Numbered from the whole stretch's first letter, positions 1-9,986 are shown. The stretch: 59,509 nucleotides of DNA, filler included, from 4 parts of 4 records of this genome joined end to end with filler, not necessarily neighbours in it; one strand, 5' to 3'. Translations and numbers: made by a program. Notes: generated by a model not told the origin, from the sequence alone.

Positions 1-35
1 GCTAACAGCTAACAGCCTTAGGCTAACAGCTAACA
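1..35. repeat. Heptamer tandem repeat (GCTAACA)n at contig start
   Basis: gctaaca-gctaaca-gccttag-gctaaca-gctaaca read directly. Confidence 0.8.
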
Positions 36-146
36 ACCACATTTCTACACCGCTGGAGGCCAGGAACCGATGCGAGACTCTTCACCAGTGGTCGCTCAAT
101 GGGTTTTATAACGGTTTAGGCAGGCCCTGTGCCATGCGCGCACCAA

Positions 147-656
147 TTATTTGCAGCGGCGGAACTCAAATTTGATAACCTGATCGGCGCCGTCGGGATT
201 TGGGGCGCTGACTTCGACCAAAAGACTCTCGGCGTCTTCATCCGGCTGATAACTGATCAGCTGTGGGAAGTCGTGTTTGGGGTTCCTGAAACTCCAGACT
301 TTGGCCTCGGGGCCGGCGCACACAAATTCTATGGGCGTGGCATTGTGCGGCACGTCCGCGCTGTAGACCAACTGCGGCCCATCAGGTGAGTCGCGGAGAG
401 TGATGCTGAGTTTCTCCAGGACTTTCTTTTGGCCTGTGGAATCTGGTCTCCAGGCCTGGCCGTGCAGCTGTGTCGGTGAAACCTGCTGCCAGTCTTCGTA
501 AGCTTTCGTCGAATCCTTGCGCAGGCGCTCCCACGAACCAATCAGCCAATCCATGTCGTCCAGCATTGTCTGCTCCCCGCCTGGTGTATCAATAGAAACC
601 GGTCCGCAGCCGCTGAGTACGCACAGGAGAAACAGTAGAACAATGTACTTCGGCAT
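147..656 (-). CDS. DUF6265-like putative lipoprotein
   Basis: ATG at 656 gives MPKYIVLLFLLCVLSGC (lipobox); motifs DWLIGSW, YEDW, FRNPKHDFPQLISY. Confidence 0.65.
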   Translation of the reverse strand: MPKYIVLLFLLCVLSGCGPVSIDTPGGEQTMLDDMDWLIGSWERLRKDSTKAYEDWQQVSPTQLHGQAWRPDSTGQKKVLEKLSITLRDSPDGPQLVYSADVPHNATPIEFVCAGPEAKVWSFRNPKHDFPQLISYQPDEDAESLLVEVSAPNPDGADQVIKFEFRRCK

Positions 657-723
657 GGCCTTTATCCCCGGAGTTAATGACTGCAAGCCGCCCGAAATTA
701 ACAGAAAAACTGCAAGCACAAGC

Positions 724-3147
724 CTAAAGCGGTACATCCACAGTCAGTTTGTGCCAGCGATTGAGCCCCGGAGCCACAAGCCGCTGAGCCCGCCCGTCGG
801 GCCACAAAGCCACAAGTGAGTCCACCACGCTCTCAGCCCCCAAACCAAAATGAACGCGCGCCGCCGACTGCGTAGCAAATGAGTCACCAGTGCAAAGCTG
901 CCCGCTCTGAACCGCCCCGCCACTGTAGAGTTTAACCACAACGCCCGGAACCGCCGCCACGGCATGGCCCTCCAAATCGAGGCCGATCCAATTCTGCGTG
1001 CGCGTGTCCGCCGTACCGCGGTTGTGATACACTCGCAGCTTGTCAATTTTCTTGTAACGCAGACTGCTCACCAGAATATCCATCAAACCATCATTGTCAA
1101 AATCGGCAGCGGCCACCGAACGGCTGTCCTCTTCCAGGGCCACGCCCATCAGGAAAGCCACGTTAACAAATTCCTGTGCATCGCGGTTCAGGAACAGATG
1201 GTTTTTCTCAAATGGATTCCAGGAAATCCCCTCCTGCTTGCGGCCGCGAATCACATCGCGGTATACAAAGTCCATGACGCTGTCCGTGTCAGACGTCCCG
1301 CGGTAAATGTCATCGCGCCAGAAATGTGTGCAGTAGTCGCGCGCGCTGGACTTACTGTCGTGACCGTTGGCGATGTAAACATCAGCATCTCCATCGTTGT
1401 CAAAATCCAGATCCGCACAGCCCCAGGACCACCCCGTGCGCGCCAGGTCCAGCCCCACAGGCGCCTGCTGATAAGCACCGCCGGGCTGCCGCATAAACAA
1501 ACGATTGCCGTGTGCCATCGCCAGGCGTGCTGAGTCCAGATCGTCAAATCCCGGCAGTCCCGCATTCATTGCATGTAAACGTTTGGCAGTTGTCGAACTC
1601 ATGCCGATTGCCAGTAAATCTGTTGCGCCGTCGTTGTTTAAGTCGGCCAGGCAATGTGCCATGCCAAACAGTTTCGGGTTGTTGAGCAGCGCAGCCGTGC
1701 GGTCCTCAAATGTGCCGTCACCGCGATTGCTGAAAAGATCCACGCCCGCAAAATCGCTTGTTAACAAAAGGTCCAGACCCGGCGCGCCGTCCAGCTCGGC
1801 AATACTGGCAGCATAGGTGCGCCGGAAACGTTTTTCGGCCAGGCCGGCCTGCGCGGTGCCATCCTCAAAAACGCGGTGGCCATTGACGCCAATATTAATT
1901 AACAAATACGAGGGGTAGCCGTCGTTCGCATCGTAATACGGCGTCGGCATTTGGCCGCCTTCGTAGGGCGGCTTATACTGGCTCAGCCACACATCCGCAA
2001 ACCCGTCGCCGTTAACATCGCCGGATGTTAAACCCGTCACAATTGCCAGGTCGGGAGCGGAGAACACGATGCGCGGATCCTGTGAGAACGCTCCGCTCGA
2101 ATCCGCGGTGTACATCACAAGTAAAGGCTGCATCGTGCCATTGGCCGGGCCGCCGCCAAGCAGCCCCTTGTCCATAAAACCACCGCAGAGCAGCTCGGGA
2201 ATTCCATCGGCATCAAAGTCGGCATACAAGGCACACGAAATCCTGTCGAGTGCACTCGAACACAGGCGGCCGCGCTCAAACGACTGCCCCTGTTTGTTTA
2301 ACAGAACCGTGTTGAGGTTTGGTACAAGGATATCAACAAAATTGTCCTGGTTAATATCTGCGCAGATCACATGGCCAAGCCCGCGGCGCCCGCTCAAGCC
2401 CGTCAGTTTAGGTAGTGCCATCTCGGCAAACAGCGGCGCTGCGCTGCGGCTGATCATTTGCAGCTCTACAACTTCTATCTGGTTCGCCTGCCCCAGCGCC
2501 AGCCAGTCCATCTCCAGAAGCGCCTTAACAATTATGCGTTCGCCGGAATTGAGATTGTTAACATGCAGCTCGCTCGAAAAGCGTGAGCGGAAGATTCCGG
2601 CATCGTCTTCTTCAAAATTCTTGTGATGCCACTCCGCCTGCTTAATCCGCCAGCCGGCAGCATGCAGTGAGTCCAGCCAACTCTGCCAGTCGGCAAGCTC
2701 CAGGCTGCGCTGCGGCGCTGCAAAGTCTGTAATCTGAATGTTGTGTTCGATTGAGCGCGAGGTGCCGGCAGCCGGCAGACGCACAGATTTAAGTGGAAAG
2801 TCGCGCACGCTGCGATATTTGTCTTGGCGTTCGCGCAGGTCATCCCACATCTCGATTATCACTGTTTCATAGTCCTGCGCCAGCACTTCCATGTCCCAGT
2901 ACTCTTCGTCCAGCGCGGCACGGTTGGCGTGGTACTCTTCAATCGTTGCCACCTGGTCCACATTCGGAGAGCTGAGCGTGATCAGCAGCAGGTACAAGAC
3001 TCCACCGCCCACCAGGGCAATCGCAACGTTTCGGGCCAAGCGCCGGAAGTCGGCTTTGGTAGGACGTTTGGAACGCCGCCGCCTGGGCGGACGCGCTTTC
3101 TGCGCGGCATTCGCAGCCTTGCGCTTTCTGGATTTTTGAGCGGCCAT
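724..3147 (-). CDS. CRTAC1/ASPIC-UnbV family protein with FG-GAP/VCBS repeats, N-terminal membrane anchor
   Basis: Repeated DxNxDGxxD Ca-binding motifs; GWSWG, NGH; C-terminal GDSFATQSAARVHFGLG (ASPIC/UnbV); basic N-terminus followed by a TM helix. Confidence 0.85.
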   Translation of the reverse strand: MAAQKSRKRKAANAAQKARPPRRRRSKRPTKADFRRLARNVAIALVGGGVLYLLLITLSSPNVDQVATIEEYHANRAALDEEYWDMEVLAQDYETVIIEMWDDLRERQDKYRSVRDFPLKSVRLPAAGTSRSIEHNIQITDFAAPQRSLELADWQSWLDSLHAAGWRIKQAEWHHKNFEEDDAGIFRSRFSSELHVNNLNSGERIIVKALLEMDWLALGQANQIEVVELQMISRSAAPLFAEMALPKLTGLSGRRGLGHVICADINQDNFVDILVPNLNTVLLNKQGQSFERGRLCSSALDRISCALYADFDADGIPELLCGGFMDKGLLGGGPANGTMQPLLVMYTADSSGAFSQDPRIVFSAPDLAIVTGLTSGDVNGDGFADVWLSQYKPPYEGGQMPTPYYDANDGYPSYLLINIGVNGHRVFEDGTAQAGLAEKRFRRTYAASIAELDGAPGLDLLLTSDFAGVDLFSNRGDGTFEDRTAALLNNPKLFGMAHCLADLNNDGATDLLAIGMSSTTAKRLHAMNAGLPGFDDLDSARLAMAHGNRLFMRQPGGAYQQAPVGLDLARTGWSWGCADLDFDNDGDADVYIANGHDSKSSARDYCTHFWRDDIYRGTSDTDSVMDFVYRDVIRGRKQEGISWNPFEKNHLFLNRDAQEFVNVAFLMGVALEEDSRSVAAADFDNDGLMDILVSSLRYKKIDKLRVYHNRGTADTRTQNWIGLDLEGHAVAAVPGVVVKLYSGGAVQSGQLCTGDSFATQSAARVHFGLGAESVVDSLVALWPDGRAQRLVAPGLNRWHKLTVDVPL

Positions 3148-3536
3148 AGAGCGGATTGTGATATGGAGATAGCGAAGTCAATGCCCACTCTGCAGGAGAA
3201 TCACGACTTGAATACAGAGCGGTTGTGCAGGACTGACACAGGTGCTGAGCTTTGATCCCGGAACAGCACCGGCAATCCCATTGCTTAATATACATAAGCG
3301 GCGCTGGACTCAATCACTTGCTCTCTGTTTTTTTTTGCGGCCCGGCAGCCATGTCTCAGGCAGGCGCTCAGAGTGAACGGCTTGATATTCCAATTCAAAT
3401 ACCGATTCAAAAGTTTGGCATTGTTTGCCGGTGTTACGATACCCCTCCCGGCCTTCGCCGAGTCAATACTTAACATTTTTATCTATCTTCCCGCAATTCA
3501 ATGAAAGGACAGGTTACACGATGTTATGATGCAGAA

Positions 3537-4817
3537 ATGACAAGTGATAAAACGAGAATCTCGGACAAGATCGACCATCTGTTCAGGCATGAATACGGTA
3601 AGCTGGTTTCCGTGCTCACTAAAACATTCGGCACTTCCAACATGGAGCTGGCCGAGGATGTGGTGCAGGAAGCGATGCTTGAAGCCCTTAAAAAATGGAC
3701 CTATGACGGCCTTCCCGAGAATCCAATGGGCTGGATCTACAAGGTCGCCAAATACAAAGCACTGAACGTCCTGAACAGAGAACGCTACAAAAGAGACGTC
3801 AGTGTTGACCTTGCACATCATCTGCAAACAAACCCGGTAAGGGACGAGGAATTTGATCGCATTTTTACTGACAGTGAGATAAAAGACGACCAGTTGCGCA
3901 TGATTTTCACTTGCTGCCACCCTTCCCTTTCTTCAGATTCGCAGGTGGCGCTGACTCTCAAAACTTTGTGCGGCTTCAGCATACCTGAAATTGCAAAAGC
4001 TTTCCTGACAAGCGAAGAAAACATCAACAAACGCCTGGTTCGCGCACGCAAATCGATCAAGGCTGCCGAAGTCGCCTTCGAAGTACCGTCGGGCAAAGAA
4101 CTCGGGCAGCGCCTGGCAAGTGTGCTGGAAACAATCTACCTCCTGTTTAACGAAGGTTATAACGCAACTTCAGGTGAAAAACTGATCCGCTATGAGTTGT
4201 GCGAAGAAGCCATGCGCCTGGCAGATATACTGGCCTCAAACGCCAACATTACATCGTCCAACACTTATGCCCTGCTGGCGCTAATGACACTCAACGCGGC
4301 GCGTTTTGATGCGAGAATTGATCAGCGGGGCAACCTGCTGGACCTGGAACACCAGGACCGCAGTAATTGGAACAATGACCTTGTTAAGAAGGGGCTGTAT
4401 TACCTGGAATTTGCCGCAGAGCACAATGAAGTTTCGATTTATCATATCCTTGCCGTTATCTCAGCGCACCACTGTACGGCAGCCGCATATTCGCAGACGG
4501 ACTGGCCCGGAATTTTATCTCTCTACGATATGGCGCTTGAGTTAGACAAGTCGCCGATTATCCTGCTTAACCGGGCTGTGGTGCTTTCCAAAACGGCAAA
4601 CGCTCAATCTGCCCTGGAGCAACTTGATCATATCAAGGACCATTCGGCAATGCAGTCTTACTTACCCTACTACACTACTAAAGCCGCGCTGCACTCCCAG
4701 AGCGGCGACGTAAAAACGGCTGTAGCCGTTTTGCATCAAGCCCTGCAACTGCCCCTGGCTGCAAACAGTAAAAGCTTGATAAACAACAAGATAGCAGAGT
4801 ATCAAAAAAACATCTGA
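3537..4817 (+). CDS. ECF sigma factor, ECF42-like (DUF6596 + TPR extension)
   Basis: AEDVVQEA, DDQLRMIFTCCHP, IYLLFNEGY, QDRSNW; followed by a DGPF/YciI gene; start could also be 3501. Confidence 0.9.
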   Translation: MTSDKTRISDKIDHLFRHEYGKLVSVLTKTFGTSNMELAEDVVQEAMLEALKKWTYDGLPENPMGWIYKVAKYKALNVLNRERYKRDVSVDLAHHLQTNPVRDEEFDRIFTDSEIKDDQLRMIFTCCHPSLSSDSQVALTLKTLCGFSIPEIAKAFLTSEENINKRLVRARKSIKAAEVAFEVPSGKELGQRLASVLETIYLLFNEGYNATSGEKLIRYELCEEAMRLADILASNANITSSNTYALLALMTLNAARFDARIDQRGNLLDLEHQDRSNWNNDLVKKGLYYLEFAAEHNEVSIYHILAVISAHHCTAAAYSQTDWPGILSLYDMALELDKSPIILLNRAVVLSKTANAQSALEQLDHIKDHSAMQSYLPYYTTKAALHSQSGDVKTAVAVLHQALQLPLAANSKSLINNKIAEYQKNI

Positions 4818-4821
4818 CTTT

Positions 4822-4848
4822 TGTAGATTTTGATGTCCCTTTTGCGCC
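4822..4848 (+). promoter_or_regulatory. Putative ECF42-dependent promoter TGTAGA-N17-CGCC
   Basis: Just after the sigma stop codon; resembles the ECF42 consensus (TGTCG...CGTC) and has the same spacing as the site at 58023-58049. Confidence 0.5.
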
Positions 4849-4903
4849 TGCTCATTTGACTACTCAGTGCAATCAATTATTCAACGACTCAAACTAGTAC
4901 GCC

Positions 4904-5260
4904 ATGCAAGAATTCATGATTTTCATTAGGACTAAAGGCGACCACCTGGCGCAGCTGTCACCCGCGCAGCAACAGGCGCGTGTGCAAAAAATCGGCGACT
5001 ACATGGGTGGACTTGTCGAGTCCGGCAAACTAAAAGGTGCCCAGCCGCTCGAAATGAGTGGCGCCGTAATCCACGGCAACAATGGTGTGTTTAAGGACGG
5101 TCCTTTTAACGAGTCCAAAGAAGTAATTGTCGGCTACTTTCACATTCTTGCCGAGAGCCTGGAAGATGCCATTGCAATCGCCAAAGCAAATCCAATGTTC
5201 GAAAGCGCCGAAGGCACGATTGAAGTGCGTCCGATTAAACAAATGGACGGCATCAACTAA
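4904..5260 (+). CDS. YciI/DGPF family protein
   Basis: DGPFNESKEVIVGYF...AIAIAK...IEVRP. Confidence 0.92.
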   Translation: MQEFMIFIRTKGDHLAQLSPAQQQARVQKIGDYMGGLVESGKLKGAQPLEMSGAVIHGNNGVFKDGPFNESKEVIVGYFHILAESLEDAIAIAKANPMFESAEGTIEVRPIKQMDGIN

Positions 5261-5300
5261 CAGTAGTTAACATCTCAACACACAAAACTAGAAAACAACT

Positions 5301-5921
5301 ATGAAAACCATTACTCCACAATGGGCGAGGCTAGCCTGTGCCCTCACATTAATGTTTGCATCAACAACCGCAGTGGCACAAATTAAACAGACAGCTCACT
5401 TTAGCTCCATAGCCGGCAAGACTGAAGTAACTCCCAAGCTGCTTTTTAACATGTATCTGAATTCAAATTCGCATCAGGAAATTACCGGCTTCCCGGTCAA
5501 GATAACAGGGCCAAACGGCGCAAGCAAGGAACGCGCCGCAGTCGGTGATGCGATTGATGCATTTTGTTTTACTGAGGAACAGTGCGGGCTTAAAGCCACA
5601 GTTTTGTCGTTGCAGGAGGGCGCAGATGCTAACGACATGCACGTGATTACCTTGCGCTGGTGGGCCTTCGCCTGGATGGCCGCTATTGACAAGTCGGACC
5701 TGCAGGGACCGATGGGTGCCGCAGAATCGATTGTGGTCCTCACCTTCAAAAAAACAAAGGACGGCGCACAGATCGAACTTAACCAAAGCAATGTTCCCTA
5801 TTACAAAGTTGAAGTCAGAAGTCCAGACGGAAGCATTGAGGTCGGGCCGCTGAGTGAAATTGTTAACACGCATTGGAATACAATGTACTGGGACAATGTC
5901 CGCAGCTATTTAGCCAAATAA
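5301..5921 (+). CDS. Secreted SRPBCC/AHSA1-like protein
   Basis: Signal peptide ending AVA-Q; LFNMYLNS..HQEITG, SIVVLTF, IELNQSNVP, C-terminal HWNTMYW helix. Confidence 0.65.
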   Translation: MKTITPQWARLACALTLMFASTTAVAQIKQTAHFSSIAGKTEVTPKLLFNMYLNSNSHQEITGFPVKITGPNGASKERAAVGDAIDAFCFTEEQCGLKATVLSLQEGADANDMHVITLRWWAFAWMAAIDKSDLQGPMGAAESIVVLTFKKTKDGAQIELNQSNVPYYKVEVRSPDGSIEVGPLSEIVNTHWNTMYWDNVRSYLAK

Positions 5922-5942
5922 TCGACAAACACAGGACCAAGA

Positions 5943-6149
5943 ATGAGCACGCAAAAATTGGAATATGCCGGCCACTGTGCCTTTGCCGTAAGCACAGGTA
6001 AAACAGACGTAAAAGCCGGCACAAAACATGTCACGAGCAAAAATGGCAAACTCTACGCTTTTTCAAATCCCGTAGCCAAGTTTCTTTTTAACCTGCTGCC
6101 TAATCGCGCCGAAAAGGCAGATGTAGTTTGGAAATCCAAAGGCCAATGA
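5943..6149 (+). CDS. Small YHS-like protein (half domain)
   Basis: YAGHCAFAVSTG...NGKLYAF...KADVVW resembles the C-terminal half of YHS (seleno)proteins; AGGA RBS. Confidence 0.65.
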   Translation: MSTQKLEYAGHCAFAVSTGKTDVKAGTKHVTSKNGKLYAFSNPVAKFLFNLLPNRAEKADVVWKSKGQ

Positions 6150-6150
6150 A

Positions 6151-6684
6151 ATGCGAAAAATTACATATCTAGGGATTGCCGTACTAGCCCTGGTCGTGCT
6201 GGTAAGTATCATATCTCTATTTGTTCCATCGACAGCCGTAGTAAACCGCTCCGTTTTAATCCATGCACCCGCAGCAAGTGTCTTTGAGAATGTCAATTCT
6301 ATGCCGAACTGGAAGAATTGGGGCGGACCGTGGCAGGAAGAAGGCATGGATTTTAGAGAAGTTATACAAAAGACTGAAGGCCCGCAGTCTGGAGTCGGTT
6401 CGAAGCTCATTTACAATCAAGGCCAAGGTGATGGTAGTGTCGAGATAATCGAATGCAGACAATATTCGTCAGTTACGACGCGAATATCTTTTGAGGACGG
6501 CGGCAGCGCATATGGCGTTTGGCACTTCAAGCAGAACAAGAATGTGACTTTGGTGAACTGGACAATTCACGTTGACCTCGGTTACAACCCAATCAAACGC
6601 ATTATGGGCAACTTGATGATGGAAGACAAGGTTGGCCCCCTGTTTAATAAAGGCCTTGCAAATTTAAAACGGATTTCAGAGTAA
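6151..6684 (+). CDS. SRPBCC (polyketide cyclase) family membrane-anchored protein
   Basis: N-terminal TM; VNRSVLIHAPA, W..WGGPW, GVGS, GLANLK. Confidence 0.85.
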   Translation: MRKITYLGIAVLALVVLVSIISLFVPSTAVVNRSVLIHAPAASVFENVNSMPNWKNWGGPWQEEGMDFREVIQKTEGPQSGVGSKLIYNQGQGDGSVEIIECRQYSSVTTRISFEDGGSAYGVWHFKQNKNVTLVNWTIHVDLGYNPIKRIMGNLMMEDKVGPLFNKGLANLKRISE

Positions 6685-6837
6685 TACTCCGCACACAGTG
6701 CCCCCCAGCTGCATACTACACAACTAACAAAACGGCCTTTAAACAAAACAAGGGCATACGACTTAACCGACCAGAGAATGGCGAGCGGCAGTGAGCCGGA
6801 ATCCAGACAGCAAGGCAAAAAGACTTAAACATACTTG

Positions 6838-7368
6838 TCAATGACCGCCACTCCGCAGCAGCAAAATATCTTCAGCCAGACGTAAGTGATGGTTGGTGTG
6901 AATCGCCATAAAACGCACCCACTCCGCCGCCGTTAAAGCGCCGAAAATATAATGTTCAAAACGCGGCTGCGCCTGGCGAATCAGTTGACATTTGCCGGTG
7001 AGCTCTGTTAATCGAACCTGTGAAGTATTCCAGGTTTCATAAGCCTCGCTGCGCTCCAGGTTTTCGGGCGGTTGGATCGACTTGGCCGCCTGTGCGCGCC
7101 GACGTGGAATGCGTCCCCACAAAAGCAGAAAAGCCCCAAGGCGCGTCGGCGCGCCCTCAACGCCATCATTATTTGTTAAACGCTCAATCGCATCCAGTAT
7201 CGCCAGGTTCGTGCGTGCCAAATGTACCAGGTGCCCGGCGGCCGACCAGCGCGAAAATTCCGGCTGCGGCGTGTAAACAAAATGCCGCGGAAGCGCCAAA
7301 AGTGCCGCGCCGCGCTTGTAGTGCTGCTCGATACTTGTTAATTCGTGGGCGGGGTTATATGTGTGCAT
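6838..7368 (-). CDS. DinB family protein
   Basis: WSAAGHLVHL and HYIFGALTAAEWVRFMAIHTNHH metal-binding motifs. Confidence 0.85.
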   Translation of the reverse strand: MHTYNPAHELTSIEQHYKRGAALLALPRHFVYTPQPEFSRWSAAGHLVHLARTNLAILDAIERLTNNDGVEGAPTRLGAFLLLWGRIPRRRAQAAKSIQPPENLERSEAYETWNTSQVRLTELTGKCQLIRQAQPRFEHYIFGALTAAEWVRFMAIHTNHHLRLAEDILLLRSGGH

Positions 7369-7479
7369 AAGGTGAAGTTATATGTTAAGTATGAAAATCA
7401 ACAACTGCGCACTGCGGGCCGGCCGGGTGTATTGGGCTGGTAGAACCGGACGCCACTGTACGTTAAAATTTACGGCTGC

Positions 7480-7514
7480 AAAAATGGCCTGACATCACGA
7501 AGATACCAGACCAT
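7480..7514 (-). terminator. Rho-independent terminator of prc
   Basis: Minus-strand RNA AUGGUCUGGUAUC-UUCGU-GAUGUCAGGCCAU forms a 13-bp stem (with G-U pairs) followed by a U-run. Confidence 0.75.
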
Positions 7515-7559
7515 AAAATTGTGCAAAGTCCAATGTTAAATACGCTCAGCTTTGTGTAT

Positions 7560-9746
7560 TCAGGAAAGAACCATGTCCTTCAGAATCGCAACAGCTTCCT
7601 GCAGGAAAATGTCCTTGCCAAGTTTTTTGTGCCACTCTTCCGCGTTGGCTTTTTTGGTTTCATCGCCCATCATTTCGCGCATGTCATCGCTCAGGGTTTC
7701 AATCTGCAAGTTGGGATCAACGCGATCGATGTCCTTAAAGCGCTCGCTCATTTCCTTAAACTGCGCATTTTCGGCACGCATCTGTTCGGCGTTTAAACTC
7801 TCCGAAGTCTGCTCGCGGCGTTCCTTCATCACGTCAACACGTTCCTGAATCGCGCTGAAGGCTTCGCTATCGGCAATGCGTTCTTTGCTGCGCTGACGCA
7901 AGTTATCGAGCGAAAAGACATGTGATGACTGTTGGTAGTCAAGCGACTCAATCTCTTTCCACGGCAATGCGTGGTCCAATGAGCGCTCACCAACCTCTTC
8001 GATATAACCCGAAGGATTCGGCAGCAGAATGTCCGGCGTGACACCTTCAAACTGCGTCGAGTGGCCGTTAATGCGGTAGAACTGCTGGATCGTCAGTTTA
8101 AGTGAGCCAAATTCCTTGCGGTCGGCTTCACCGGCGCCACGTGTGGCATAACGGTTTAAGTCCGCAAAAGTCTGGACCGTGCCCTTGCCAAATGTGGGTG
8201 CCGTGCCGACGACAATTGCGCGGCCGTAATCCTGCAGCGCGCCGGAGAGAATTTCCGAAGCCGAAGCGCTGTAAGAGTTAACAAGTACAATCAGCGGGCC
8301 GTTATACACTACGTTCGGGTCTTCGTCCTGCAAAACACGTGCGCGGCGGCCGCGGCCTTTAACCTGAACCACCGGACCGTCCTCAAAAAACAGGCCGGAC
8401 ATGTCTACAGCGTCCTGCAACGCACCACCACCATTACTACGCAAATCCAGTACGATGCCGTCGACTTCGTCACGCTGCAGCTTCTCGAGTTCCTTGCGGA
8501 CATCACCGGCCGAAGTCCGCGAACCATCGTTGCGGAAGTCCGTGTAGAACTTGGGCAGGTAGATATATCCAAAGGATTTTTCGCTCTGTTTGTCGCGGAT
8601 AATTGCGGACTTGGCGTAGGTTTCCTCCAGCTCAACCACATCGCGGATAATCGAGATGACGTCAATCTGTCCCGTCGGTTTTTTAACCGTCAGGCGCACT
8701 TCCGTGCCTTTGGCACCGCGAATCAGTTTAACTGCTTCGTCAATTTTAACGTCCACAACGTCTACCGGCGGGCCGTCAGCCTGCGCAACCTTAAGAATTA
8801 AGTCTTCTTCCTTGAGATCGCCCTGACGCCAGGAGGCGCTGCCGGGTACAATCCGCGTGACTTTAATAAAGCCGTTGTCATCCTGCAGCTGCGCGCCGAT
8901 ACCTTCAAGTTTGCCGGTCATGGCAATGTCAAAGTTATCCTTGTCGGCAGGCGGGAAATATTGCGTGTGTGGGCCGTAGACACTCAGAATTGAGTTGAGG
9001 TAGATGGCCAGAAAATCTTCGTGGTCTTCCTGATCGAGGTTGTGGTAGAAACGCTCCATGTTCTCAACAACTTTGTCGCGCGCATCCGCTTCAATCTGCT
9101 CCGGGGTTTTAATCTCAAAAGGCTCATCTTTTTTGGCCTTCTCAATCGTCACACCGTCACCGTCACCTTCGTCCTCCACGCCGTTAATGTGATTTTCCTG
9201 TTGTTCCAGGCGATTGACGTAACGCGTCAGGACGCTGTATTTCAGCAGCGAATGCCAGCGCTTGCGCAGTTCGTCCATGTTGGCTGCGTACTCGACCTTT
9301 TCCGGATCGGTTTCGATGCGCTCGTCCTTCGTGAAATCGAAAGGCTCAGCCAGGATATCGTCAATAATTTGACGCACTTGCTCACGACGCTCCAGAATGA
9401 TACTCGTCGATTCCGTCAGCAGGTCAAAACGGCCCTGCAGGACTTCCTCGTCAATTGAATTGCGATATTTTTTGAGCGTTGCAACATCACTGGCCAGCAA
9501 AAAACGCTTCAGATAATCTACGCGCTCCATGTAGAGGTCAAATGACTTCTGCGAGAGCTCATCATTTATTTCATGCGGCGAATAATGTCCGCGGTCCAGT
9601 ACCGCCAGCGTGGCCTGTACCAGTTCCCTGTCCCAGGCTGGATTACCGTTAATGCGCGTCTCACTGGGCGCACCCAGAATACTGAAACCGGCGACGACTA
9701 AGAGCAGGAGCGGTGCGAAGAAGAATGCAAAACGTTTTTTCATCAT
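7560..9746 (-). CDS. prc: Carboxy-terminal processing (tail-specific) protease, S41
   Basis: Signal peptide; PDZ GIGA; LDLRSNGGG, SASASEI catalytic Ser, FGKGTVQ, GVTPDI. Confidence 0.95.
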   Translation of the reverse strand: MMKKRFAFFFAPLLLLVVAGFSILGAPSETRINGNPAWDRELVQATLAVLDRGHYSPHEINDELSQKSFDLYMERVDYLKRFLLASDVATLKKYRNSIDEEVLQGRFDLLTESTSIILERREQVRQIIDDILAEPFDFTKDERIETDPEKVEYAANMDELRKRWHSLLKYSVLTRYVNRLEQQENHINGVEDEGDGDGVTIEKAKKDEPFEIKTPEQIEADARDKVVENMERFYHNLDQEDHEDFLAIYLNSILSVYGPHTQYFPPADKDNFDIAMTGKLEGIGAQLQDDNGFIKVTRIVPGSASWRQGDLKEEDLILKVAQADGPPVDVVDVKIDEAVKLIRGAKGTEVRLTVKKPTGQIDVISIIRDVVELEETYAKSAIIRDKQSEKSFGYIYLPKFYTDFRNDGSRTSAGDVRKELEKLQRDEVDGIVLDLRSNGGGALQDAVDMSGLFFEDGPVVQVKGRGRRARVLQDEDPNVVYNGPLIVLVNSYSASASEILSGALQDYGRAIVVGTAPTFGKGTVQTFADLNRYATRGAGEADRKEFGSLKLTIQQFYRINGHSTQFEGVTPDILLPNPSGYIEEVGERSLDHALPWKEIESLDYQQSSHVFSLDNLRQRSKERIADSEAFSAIQERVDVMKERREQTSESLNAEQMRAENAQFKEMSERFKDIDRVDPNLQIETLSDDMREMMGDETKKANAEEWHKKLGKDIFLQEAVAILKDMVLS

Positions 9747-9851
9747 TGCTATAGCGTTTGTTTCTGACGTTAGAATTCGGGCCGGGCCCTGACAATACAA
9801 ACAGAACTCAGCGATCGTATCGGGTGTGAGCGTCCCTCAAATCCCGGTCTC

Positions 9852-9875
9852 TACGAACCGGGCGGGCTAAAGTTC
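9852..9875 (-). promoter_or_regulatory. Putative ECF-sigma promoter for prc (GAAC-N16-CGTA)
   Basis: Minus strand reads GAAC tttagcccgcccggtt CGTA, about 105 bp upstream of the start. Confidence 0.4.
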
Positions 9876-9950
9876 GCAAATCTTGTAGATCATTCAAAAC
9901 GCCGCACTTCCCGACCTTATTGTGTGCTGCTGCTCCACCGCTTCAAAAAC

Positions 9951-9986
9951 ATGACATTTCGCCGTTCAAAACATGACCTAGGTCAT
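9951..9986. promoter_or_regulatory. Palindromic operator ATGAC-CTAG-GTCAT plus upstream half-site
   Basis: Perfect 14-bp palindrome at 9973-9986; second AAAACATGAC half-site 22 bp upstream; Crp/Fnr-like spacing. Confidence 0.55.

Noticed and set aside
5943-6149. Selenoprotein/TGA readthrough in the YHS-like gene
   Set aside because: The motif residue is a normal Cys codon and no upstream in-frame extension is seen.
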